From contig RHPI01002823.1 in assembly GCA_009103225.1 (NCBI GenBank), positions 505,104 to 569,103 of the forward strand: a stretch of 64,000 bases of DNA. The letters are read 5' to 3'. This document shows positions 12,741-22,895 of this stretch, one piece after another. The notes below the pieces were generated by a model. The model was given only the letters and a program-made list of their open reading frames with translations, did not search any database and was not told the origin of the DNA. The stretch's first letter is position 1. Each line of letters begins with the position of its first letter. Source of the stretch: Chlorokybus atmophyticus (Eukaryota > Plantae > Mesostigma and Chlorokybus algae). Both the position numbers and the translations under genes were made by a program.

Positions 12741-13099
12741 GCGAATAGAAAATCAGGGAATATAGAAGGTGATCTATCATCCACTGAAGCTTCCGCAGCT
12801 TTAGCAGCTTGAGACTCATCAGCTGCATCATCCGGATTCGGAATATCTTCCATGGATGGAAATTCCTCCTCACGGGAAGGTTGCTCTTTTTCCGAGCTCT
12901 CCCCTTTTTAAGTGGGCACCGAGTTTTCTTCCATTTGTCTGTAAAACAGGCAGAATGGGATGGTGAGAACCTCACCAATGGACCAGGTTCAACGAGAAGA
13001 TAAAAATGACCCCAAGTTGTAAAAGTCCCAAACAGAGTCCAAACCAGTCCCAAATTAGGAAAGGTTGGATCTGGAGTGTCACCAAACAGAACAAGTCTG

Positions 13100-13600
13100 A
13101 GTGGGACCAGAATGTCCTAACCCTGTGTTGTCCTCAACTAAGTCCCAATCTCCAGGCCGAAGCCAGAGGGGGAGGGTTTCAGACTAACAGGGTATTGGAA
13201 CAGATTGTCCTAGAACCTCCCCACAACTGTCCTAACCAAGTCCCGATCTCCAGGCCGAAGCCAGAGGGGGAGGGTTTGGGAACAGTTTGATTTGAAACTT
13301 ACGGACCCGGGTCAAATGACCCGGCAAAGCCGCTGGCAGGTCACAGGTACGTCACAGGCATGCAACAGGCAAGCCACAGGCATGCAACAGGCAAGCCGTA
13401 CGGTGACTAACTGTGACATGCACTGGCAAGCACAATGACAAGCTATCACCGCATGCAATGACAGGCAATCACTGCAAGCAATGATAGTGCACTGGCAAGC
13501 CACTGTGTGATGTGCATGAAAGTACACACGTGCACCTGGCAAGCACCAGGCAAGCAGCTGACAAGCAGGCAAGCAGGCAAGTCACCGACGTGTGATGGTA
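13100..13600. repeat. Tandem repeats in the chromovirus 5' leader
   Basis: 39-bp unit AGTCCC(A/G)ATCTCCAGGCCGAAGCCAGAGGGGGAGGGTTT at 13141 and 13239. 22-bp unit ACAGGCATGCAACAGGCAAGCC twice at 13354-13397. Many (C/T)GGCAAGC motifs. Confidence 0.85.
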
Positions 13601-14516
13601 CCTCACACGTGGAGAGGCCGCCTTTTTGATAGGTGGCTTCGACGTGGAGGTAGCGCAGGGAAGCGAACTTGAAGCTTGGGCTGCGTGGACGAATAGGAGG
13701 CCGCCGACGACGCCTTCTGATTGGCCGAAAGCAGGTCGCCGCCCCCTATAAGTACCCACGTCACCCCCCAGCTCCTGGATACCAATGTAACAGCACCACC
13801 GTCGCCGGTGATGCCCCTTCAATCCTCTACCCCAACACCCACACCGCCTATGACAAGCCTTTCAACGGCGTGGCCGCCACTGAGCAGAGAACTGAAAGTC
13901 CCCACATCAGATTGATGTGACCTTTTATATCAAGAGTATATCAACTATATACCTCTCGATAATTAACTCACAACTAGACATCGACCCCACAGATAGGGTA
14001 GTTAGGAAATCTAGCGTGAGCCAATCACAGCTCAGATAAGGTACCTATCGATAAGGTACCTATCCAAAGATACCTATCGTAAGGTACCTAACGAGATAGT
14101 GATCACATTATATCAAATGTGACACTAAATTGGCTTGAATAAGCGGTTCTACACCCATTGGGACTTATTTAAGCTATGATAAAGCATCATAGCCTTTAAT
14201 AAGCGAGGAACCGTAGAAAAGAGGTATAATTAAGCATATTTAAATACTTATTCATACAAAATGTGTTAATTAGGTAGCAATAATACCCCTATTATTATTG
14301 CTCCCGTTACAGTACCGGTCAGTTATTTGTTTGTTAGGTCAAGTCCCCTTTGCTTAATTGTTGAGTACCCGATAGGCACCTATTAATTAGGGTCAGTCCC
14401 TTTATGCAGACGGCCGCCAACTAATGGTGACGGCCGTTATGCTCAGGTCCCTGTATTGAGATCGCCGGTAGACTGAAGGTCGACAGTCCAAATGAGTATC
14501 CTCAGGTGCACGACCG

Positions 14517-15192
14517 TTGCCAAAATTCAATCGGCCGGCAGGGGAAGCATTTTGCGACGTGTGCCCGGACTTCGATTGGCCTTTCTTTTGGCGCTTTCTG
14601 CAAAAGATTCGTGCTCTGAGCAAGCACCGCTCTCTTCAATGGCTACTTGCGCACGGCGCGATTTACACATGCAACCGGCTCCGCTGCATGCACCCTGAGC
14701 CGGCATGTCTCACGTGCGGGGAGGAAGACTTAGAGTCTCCCTTCCATCTCTTCTTCGGCTGCCATGCCGCTTCGACTCTTTGGTCCTCTCTTCGGCACCT
14801 CATCTAGCGCATGGGGGGCTCACTCCAATAGTTTTTGAGTCTGTGCGTGTTTGGGCAGTGTCCTGGGTTGTCTCCTTCTCACTTCTCACATGTTTGGTCC
14901 CCTCTACGCATGCCTCGCCCTTTGGTGTCTTTCGTGCTTTCGCTACTCTATCCGCTACGTTAAGGACCCTCCCCGTGCACGCTTTGCTTTCCTCCTTCGC
15001 CGCGCAGGCTCTGTCGGGCTAAGAAGGACTGGCTACATGTGGTGTCCTCTCCTCTTGTGGAGGGTGCCCGCTCTTCAGCTCTCTCCACATTCCTCTCCAC
15101 ATGAGGAGCAGGAGCAGCCCCTTGCTCCCTTGCTGCTCATCTCCCCCACCCTGAAGTGGTCTGGCATTCTTCTTCATCTAGCCAGAAGATAA
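14517..15192 (+). mobile_element. 5'-truncated L1/Tx1-like LINE fragment (ORF2 C-terminal zf-RVT region), degenerate
   Basis: W-rich zf-RVT pattern QWLLAHGAIYTCNRL...CLTCGEEDLESPFHLFFGC...LW, followed by LWCLSCFRYSIRY in another frame. Contains stops and frameshifts. Confidence 0.75.
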
Positions 15193-15286
15193 AAAGACTA
15201 CATCTTAGAAGACTGAAGACAACATCTTCAAACGCTGAAGACTCGAGGCTTCGCAAATGAAGACTAAAGATGGACTGAAGACTGGC

Positions 15287-15794
15287 TGTTACGGACGACT
15301 AAATGATAACGCCACAATGGCCACGAAACACACTTCGTGCTTTTGTGGCCTAATGGTTTGTTACATTGGAATCGGAGCTTGAGACCCAAAAGGTTCTGAG
15401 GTCAAAACCGCCTGACGGCGGTAGACCAAGAAGGACTTTTGAGGTTGTTGTTATCGATTCATAATGGGTCGCGCGTCAATGCGCGACTTGCCGGACGGCA
15501 GTCAGACACTCTGACGCGTCGCGCGTACCTGGAGCCGCCGCTGGGTAGTACCGCGCGACTTGCCTGACGACGACTGACAGTCGGTCACTCAGCGGCGCAA
15601 TGCGCGCCGCGACTGCTTAGTGATATTTGCAAAAATTGCTTCCACTGCTTAGTGACGAGAAACCCTGTAAAAACTCACATCTGATGAGGACATTAGATAC
15701 CCAAGTGGGGGGGAATGTTACGGACGATTAAATAATAACGCCACAATGGCCACAAAACACACTTCGTGCTTTTGTGGCCTAGTGGTTTGTTACA
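15287..15794 (+). mobile_element. TRIM-like non-autonomous LTR retroelement B (79-bp LTRs)
   Basis: LTRs 15287-15365 and 15716-15794 (TGTTAC...GTTACA, 75/79 identical). TSD CTGGC (15282-15286, 15795-15799). PBS-like TGGAATCGGAGC. PPT AAGTGGGGGGGAA at 15703-15715. Confidence 0.92.
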
Positions 15795-17256
15795 CTGGCG
15801 CCCTCTGCCTTCCCCTTTGTTTGTTTAGAGTTGACTTAGGCCTACTTTGCTTGCTATAGCTCTGCTTATCCTCCTATACTCTCCCACCCCTATCTTGTCT
15901 ACTGTAGCTTGCTCATAGCTCTGACTCTTCTGTCCTTCACCTTGAAAACATCTATCTGTTGGTTTATAATAAGAAAAGGGAATAAAGTGAGAGTGGAGTG
16001 TGTAAATGCGCACGAGTGTTAGTTGTACATGGTGTATATGCATAAATATCGACACATCGTTTCAAGCATATCCACTTGTATCTATGAAATTTAAATTGTC
16101 ACTCATCCGTTGTCTTTTTGGCGTAATTAAATTTATGCGATAATGCCGATTGATCTTGTATAATTGGGCTCGCGCCTTCATTCTTCAAAAATCCTTTTGT
16201 TTTACACCAAAAAATTTCAGCTTATTGCAGGTTTTGAAAGGGTTGTAGTGCCACAAAATGTTCGTATAATAAATAATTTGGCAAGGGCAGTTGACGAAAT
16301 CCGCAAACTTCTCGGCGATCAGACTCATGCCAATGCGTTAACTGAAATGCATGGTTGGCGGGGAAAAATAAACAACACCTTACGACGGCATCTTTCGGTT
16401 GTTGACCATATTTGATGACGCAGTAACTATAGCATATAATCAATTAGCGTGAAATGGTTGAGTGGATCAGTTAAAACGAGGGTGAGTAGTGGCGGCATGT
16501 GTTTGGGGCATGGGGCCTGCCCCGACTCCGTACCGCAAAAAACGCGGCCATTTTAACCACTAACTGTGCTGCAATTGCACCGAATCCCTAGCAATTTTGG
16601 GTCGCCGTTGGTAAGCGTTTGCCGCTGAGATAGTTGTCAGCATCTTTTACGCATTCTTGCAATGCTTGGTGATTTCGCTGCCTTTTTCGGCAACGGCTGT
16701 TGTCACCGTTGCGATCCCATTTGATCAATCTCATGCGTAACCAAATGGTGGCCTAACGATGCAAGTTTTCGTTTAGTTGAATCTTGATGTTAAGGTAATT
16801 CAGGTTAGCATTATTTTGATGGTTGTAACCTCGGCATTACTTACTGAATATTGCAGCACGTACCTTGGCGTAAAATGTTACATTGGACTGAGTTTTGTAA
16901 CACTTAACTGCAGGTTGCTAGCCATATTGCACCATATTGCACCATATTGCAGCATATTGATCAATACAATATCAATTTAACACATAAAAATGATCAACAT
17001 GCAGCCATAAGCGGCCACGTATGCAGAACTGTGCTTAATTTTACATTGATTTGCGCTTGAAGAATTGGATGTGCTTTGGACGGCCACGATCGTATTTCGG
17101 CAGATCTAACGGTGTAATGCCTGTTCTCGCCGCCTAGCCAATGAGAAGCAGGCGGGCCGCACATACTGCCGCGCAGCCCGGCAGTCGCGGGTGCCGTGTG
17201 ATGGCCCTAGCGCGGGATGTGTGATGTTGGTTGAATTCCGGCCGGCCCGACCAATA

Positions 17257-18305
17257 GGCGTGATGGGCGTAATGAATCTGCGCTTATAGCATGTATATGC
17301 TCTTAACGTTCAAGAGCATATTATGCTCTTAGTCGCCAAGAGCTTAACTCTGCCAAGAGCATACGATTTTTGAGGATAACAGTATGCTCTTACACAAGAG
17401 TAGACTATATAGTCTACCCCCGTTGAAAGACTTCGGTTTATGAGGATAACCCCGTTGAGGTCATAGATTTGCAAAAGACCAATGGTTTTACAGGCAAGTA
17501 TCATCGGTTAGTGGAATAGTTTTGTACGCAATAAGACTACAACGGAGGGTTAAAATTTTAAGTGAGCTCAGTCTTGATACGGGGGAATACCTTGTTGATG
17601 GCATGCTTATCTCAATTATAAGCATAAACATATTACAAGACTCATATATAGTTACATACATAATCAATTTACTGTTGACTATTATCAATTTATGCCGCGT
17701 AAAAATGTAATAACATGGCTTACGGTTATTTCGCAATACCCCTCTTAGGAAGAATATGTATTATGTACAGAATAAAAGAGTAAATATTATTGTAAACGCC
17801 AAGGGAATAACCCCGTTGATGGAATGAAAGCTGAAAGATACACGTGATATTTATAGCGGAGGTAGACTGTACAGGTAAGGTACATAGTTACTTAATTATA
17901 CTAAAACATTTATTGTACAGTCTACTCTTTTTGAGAGCATATGATTGATTTTTGAAGATACTTTGCTTCTGGCGGGGTTATGCTCTTGGCGATAAAGTGC
18001 ATAATATGCTTTTAAACATTAAGAGCATTTGTATGCTATGAAGCAGTTTAATACGCCCATCACGCCCATTACATCACGCGCATTATGTCACGTCTATTAT
18101 GCCATCACGCTCGTTACGTTGATTACGCGTTGCACTGTACCCTTCACGCCTTGTGCATCACACTCATTACGCCTGATGAAAAACCCGTAACGCGCCACTC
18201 CCTCAATGTTAAGAATATGCGCCTTTACATTTGCAAAAATGTCATAAAAAATAATAATATGCTCTTCGCGGTTAGACATATTCTCTTAAGCACTGACATT
18301 TGCCT
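17257..18305. mobile_element. Foldback/long-TIR DNA element with nested palindromes
   Basis: Inverted arms of about 155 bp: 17257-17417 vs 17914-18066, starting with the perfect 15-bp pair GGCGTGATGGGCGTA/TACGCCCATCACGCC. Repeated ATGCTCTT/AAGAGCAT motifs. Perfect 18-bp palindrome GTAGACTATATAGTCTAC at 17400-17417. A related copy lies at 49905-50318. Confidence 0.65.
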
Positions 18306-18765
18306 GTAGCATCGTTGGTGATCTCAACACGTATGCTACAAGCGGGGTTTCTCTTGGAGCAAAGTCTTTTACTCCAAGAGAGCAAGCGGGGGTGGACTGT
18401 ACAACGCACACATGACGCATGTGTGCACCATGCATGTTGTGCTCAAAATGAATGGATTCTTTTATTCATTCGCATATACTTTGTGCAATTGTATGATATG
18501 GGGATGTGCTTTGGAAGGTTGAGATTTGTTTGACACAAATCGAATGGCCGATAGCTGATATCGTCGCATAGCCAATGAGAGGCAGGCGGGCTGCTCAGTA
18601 TGCGCGGCAGGCATGTGGTTTCGGGTGCCGTGTGTGATGGCCCTCAGTGCGCGTGATGTGTCTTTGTGCCCTAATGCCGGCCTCCCGGCCGGCCGGCCGG
18701 CCGGCCCTATCCCGCCCAATCAGCCGCACCGCTAGTTTACAAAGATTTCATGACACTACAATATA

Positions 18766-18861
18766 CCGTGTAATAAAAACCCCACTTACCCCCCCGCCCC
18801 CTTTTTATCAGTCGGGGGTGTTGTAATAGGGGGGGATGGGGGTGTATTCGCACAAATACGG
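18766..18861. mobile_element. Small Tc1/mariner-type MITE
   Basis: TA|CCGTGT...AAATACGG|TA with C-rich left and G-rich right halves. The right end matches the 888-1147 element. Confidence 0.55.
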
Positions 18862-19405
18862 TACCGGTGATCAATGCGAGTCACATTATGCGACGCAAAT
18901 TGCAGTGTGATCTGCAGTACATTATGAACCACCCTTCAGCCATACCCGAGTGACAATTGAAAGGTCTTTGCATGATGCAATCAAGCATCATGCGTACATC
19001 ACGGGGGAGCAGAGCTTGTGTCGTAAAGACTAGGAAGATTCCTGCATGCAGAGCAAAAGGGGTAAAGATTCCTTTGGTGACGGCAGTGTCGTGGACGCTG
19101 TTGTCGTGGTCGTTGTCATCATCGCCAGCGTGCTAGCCTACCCTTACTCGTGCAAATAGTCAACAAGGTAGTCACCAACCAGGGCAAGCCTTTTCGCGAG
19201 AAAAGAATAATATCTCACAGCTACATCATGAGGGCAGCGAGGAGCAGGCTGTGCTGTATGAGAGGGAGGTGCGGTGGAGAAAGGAGAGCAGCAGGGTAGT
19301 GTAGAGGAGGGGATTGCTCTTGCCTTGGTTATCTGAGATTGCACGTGTGTGTGTGTGTGTGTAAAAGAAGTAACAAGGGGCAAGCATTGCGTTCGTCCTC
19401 TCATC

Positions 19406-22400
19406 ATGGCTGCGGCGCTGGGCGAGTACACTTGGATCTTCGGCGTGGCGACGGTGCTGTCGTTCGTGTCCGCATTCGGCATTGGCGCCAATGACATAGT
19501 GAGTGTGATATCGACGATGATGATCTTCTTGACAAAAGAGAGTACTGAGAATGATGATCATCATCTCTGCCAGTCATCAGCTGCACGCATGGACTTTACA
19601 CACATTGTTCATGAACAATGATGAGCGGGGATGGTCAATACTCCAAGCAGTCAAGCACGCGAGAATTGGTGATGGACTTCTCCTGTTTATTCTGTCTTGT
19701 GAAATTGACCTCACGTAGTCTGCAACAAGACAGGCAGTCATGGTTTTGCAACATTAGCGTCAGCTAGTGTGTACCTAGATTGAACTTTGGAAACAGCCTT
19801 TATCCCTCATTTGACCTCAGTCTGTGCAATCAACACGCATACCTGCAAGTTGCCTGACTTGTTCTTGCCGCCGTGCAATAAGGTATTCCTAACACGACAC
19901 TCACATTACCACACCTGCACCCAACCACCATGCACATGCGCGTGTGCATGCGCACACACGCACACATGTATCAGCGCCCATGCACACACTCGGGCATGTG
20001 CAAGCATGAACGCGTGCACTCACAGGCCTACGAACGCGCATGCACACGCGCTTGCACACATACAGACACATATGCACAGGCACAGGCACGCACAGATGCA
20101 CACTGTGCATACGCTCATATAGGCAGGCACACACCCATGCACACAGACATGCACCATTACACGTTTGTGTGTGCTTGCGTGTGAGTGCGTGTGTGCAGCT
20201 GCATGCACACACAAACGAGCATGCCCACACGCACAGACACACGCAGACACAGGTACAGGTGCGCAGACACTTTCACACTCGTGCGTGCACACACATGTAC
20301 ATGAGCGTACACACACGCGTGCGCAAACAAACGTAAATACACACACGCATGCCCGCACCCATTCCCGCACTTGCAGCCGCACATGTGCAGGCACGCACAA
20401 GCACGCACGCACGCACGCATGCACGCATACACACGCACATGCACACGCACACGCACACTCGCCCGCACCCCACCCCACCCAACAACTCTGTCTCCCCCCT
20501 TCAGGCCAACGCCTTCGCTTCCTCCGTTGGTTCCAAAGCCCTCACCATGCCTCAAGTCATCCTCATCGCCTCCATTTGCGAGTTCAGCGGCGCCGTGTTG
20601 CTGGGTGCGGGCGTGACCGACACGATCAAGTCCTCCATCGCGCGCGCGGACGCCTTCTCCACAGACCCACCTCTCCTCATGTACGGCATGTTGTGTGTCC
20701 TCTTCGCGGCAGCCTTTTGGGACAACCTCGCGTGTCACTTGGGTCTACCCGTGAGCACGACGCACACAACTATAGGTGGTGTTGTTGGTATGGTGGTGGT
20801 CATGAAGGGGTTTGGTGCGGTTGTGTGGGCACGCGGGACACACGTGTTCCCTTATTTCGAGGGAGTGGCGGCTATAGTGGCATCGTGGGTTGTGTCTCCA
20901 CTCTTAGCGGGTGGTGTTGTGGCTATTGTGTTCTTGTTGTTGCGCACGTACGTGCTTCGAGCAGAAGACTCGTTCGATAAAGCGCTTCGCGTGCTCCCTT
21001 TTTTCATCGGAGTCACCTTTTTTGTGGTGACTCTCTTCATCATACAGACTGGGAATAAGAATAAGACCTGGCACGCGTCCGATATCGTCGCCGCAGGGAT
21101 ATCGGCGGGGGTGGCTGCGGGGTTGGGAGGGATATCGGCGCTGTACATGCCGAAACTAGCGCAGTATGTGGATTCAGAAGAGCAGAGGGAGGCGGCGATA
21201 TCCACGATTGGCAGCGATGTCGAAGAGATGAAACTACTGCACGGGTCCGAAGAACAGGCGCCTGCTGGCAATATCAATGCTGCTGATGTGAAGATGTCGA
21301 TGGGGTTGGATGAGAGTGGGTTGAGGAAGTTTTGGAAAAGGTTTATGGAGGGACCGCTTGGCAACAATGCCATTATGCGCATCATCCTTCACGTAAGCCA
21401 TAGATACAGGCATGCATAGTGGTTTGTACACTGCATGCACAAGTATTTGCATACCACTGGCGCGGTGCACTGCGTGTGCGTTGGAGTGGGCACGTGCACG
21501 CGCCCACGTGTGTCAGCAAGTGCATGCGTGTGTGCCTATCGTTGCGCGGCGCACACACCCACACTTGCTCGAGCACATGCACATGCACGCTGGCTCGTGC
21601 ATGCATGGGTGTGCGTGTGCACGCATGCGTACATTACCTTGACGTCTTCAGTACCCAGATACCAATCCCAACATGTTTTGACACGCAGGGTGCTCGTTAC
21701 AAGATACACGACGACCTCATCGACGATTCCTCCTGGGCCGCGTCGTACTCGAGCGCCGAGGAGTTTGATGCGAGGACCGAGAGACTGTTCCGTTCCCTGC
21801 AGGTGTTCTCCGCGGTCGCCATGTCGTTCGCGCACGGGTCCAACGACACCGCCAACGCCGTGGGACCCTACTCGGCGATATACCAGATATGGAGGACGGG
21901 AGAAGCGGACCCAAAAGCGCACGTGAGTGGGGAGTTGTGGGTGTTGTTGTTTGCTACCACCATCAAGAGCATCACAAAGCAGTATTCGTTACACATGCAC
22001 ATGCAGCGTACAGCTCACTGCATGCAAAGTAGACACACGGTGCATACCATCTTTGTGCAGCATCGCACACGGTAGCTGACACAAGCACGTGCACGCGCGC
22101 AAGGTGTATGTGTGCCTGTGCTTTGTTTACAGACACACACAGTCGCAGACCCACAGACACACACACGCAAGTTCTGGGAGACACCCGCACTCATACATGC
22201 ACTGTCACATGCACGCACGCATGCATGCACGCAGCGTATGTGTATACGCGAGGGTGCGTGCATGCTCAACGCACAGAGCTTGCCACTGCAACAAGGACAA
22301 AAGCAAGTATGCTGTAAAATGCACTTACAGCAGCTTACCATCCACTTCAGGTGCCTGTCTGGATCTTGGCCATGGGGGGAGCGGGCATCGTGGTCGGCCT

Positions 22401-22895
22401 CGCCACGTAAGTAGTAGCAATCATCCCACATGCACTTTGGTGTCAGGTCAATTGCTGTGACAATCAGACACGCGCACACACACGCACACGGACAGGCACT
22501 GTTGTGCATGTCTGTGCCCGCCTGTGCGTGCACATGCATGCATGCGATCATGCGTGCGCGCGTATGCCAACACCTCCCCTCTCTCCCTCATCAGTTTCGG
22601 CCACAAGATCATGTCGGTGCTGGGCGTCCAGTCCGTCCGCCTCTCCCACTCCCGCGGTTTCTGCCTCGAGCTCTCCTCCGCCTTCTCCGTCGCGTTCGCC
22701 TCGCGCTGCGGCCTTCCCGTCTCGACCACGCAGACCGTCGCGGGCGCCATCGTCGCGATCGGGATGTTCGAGGGGGCGCGGGAGGGAGTCAACTGGAGGG
22801 TGATGGGGAAGGTGGTGGCGGGGTGGGGAGCCACGATCGTCGTCGCGGGAGCCGTGGCGGGGACGTTGGCGGGGATTGGGATGCACTTCTTTTGA
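19406..22895 (+). CDS. PTB: PiT/PHO4-family sodium/phosphate symporter, 5 exons, about 523 aa
   Basis: Exons 19406-19498, 20505-21392, 21689-21922, 22351-22406 and 22595-22895 join in frame with GT-AG sites. Both PiT signature motifs are present: GANDI|ANAFASSVGS and HGSNDTANAVGP, plus LGLPVSTTH and GLPVSTTQ. Confidence 0.93.

Larger units (their letters stand above)
7360..14311 (-). mobile_element. Full-length Ty3/Gypsy chromovirus LTR retrotransposon (inactivated)
   Basis: LTRs 7360-7880 and 13786-14311 (7 substitutions plus one 5-bp indel). TSD GTACC (7355-7359, 14312-14316). iMet-like PBS TGGTATCCAGGAGC (13771-13784, minus strand). PPT AAGTGGGGGGCAA (7881-7893, minus strand). gag-pol with domain order PR-RT-RH-IN-chromodomain. 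Confidence 0.97.

Noticed and set aside
8028-12934. Alternative genetic code (TAA/TAG = Gln, as in some ulvophytes) suggested by stops at Gln positions in gag-pol
   Set aside because: One stop is TGA at an Arg position, most Gln codons are CAA/CAG, and host genes (TAB2, archease, LSM4, RETICULATA-like, carrier) terminate with TAG/TAA at their conserved C-termini.
1602-13920. Short ORFs inside or overlapping the LTRs (1602-1814, 13669-13920, 13721-13915)
   Set aside because: They are the same LTR sequence read in different copies, with no recognisable domain.
4380-15700. Hammerhead ribozyme (retrozyme) from CTGATGAG in both TRIMs
   Set aside because: No correctly placed C-GAAA with stems I-III could be built around either copy by eye. 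The motif is kept only as a shared sequence; an Infernal RF00008/RF00163 scan would settle it.
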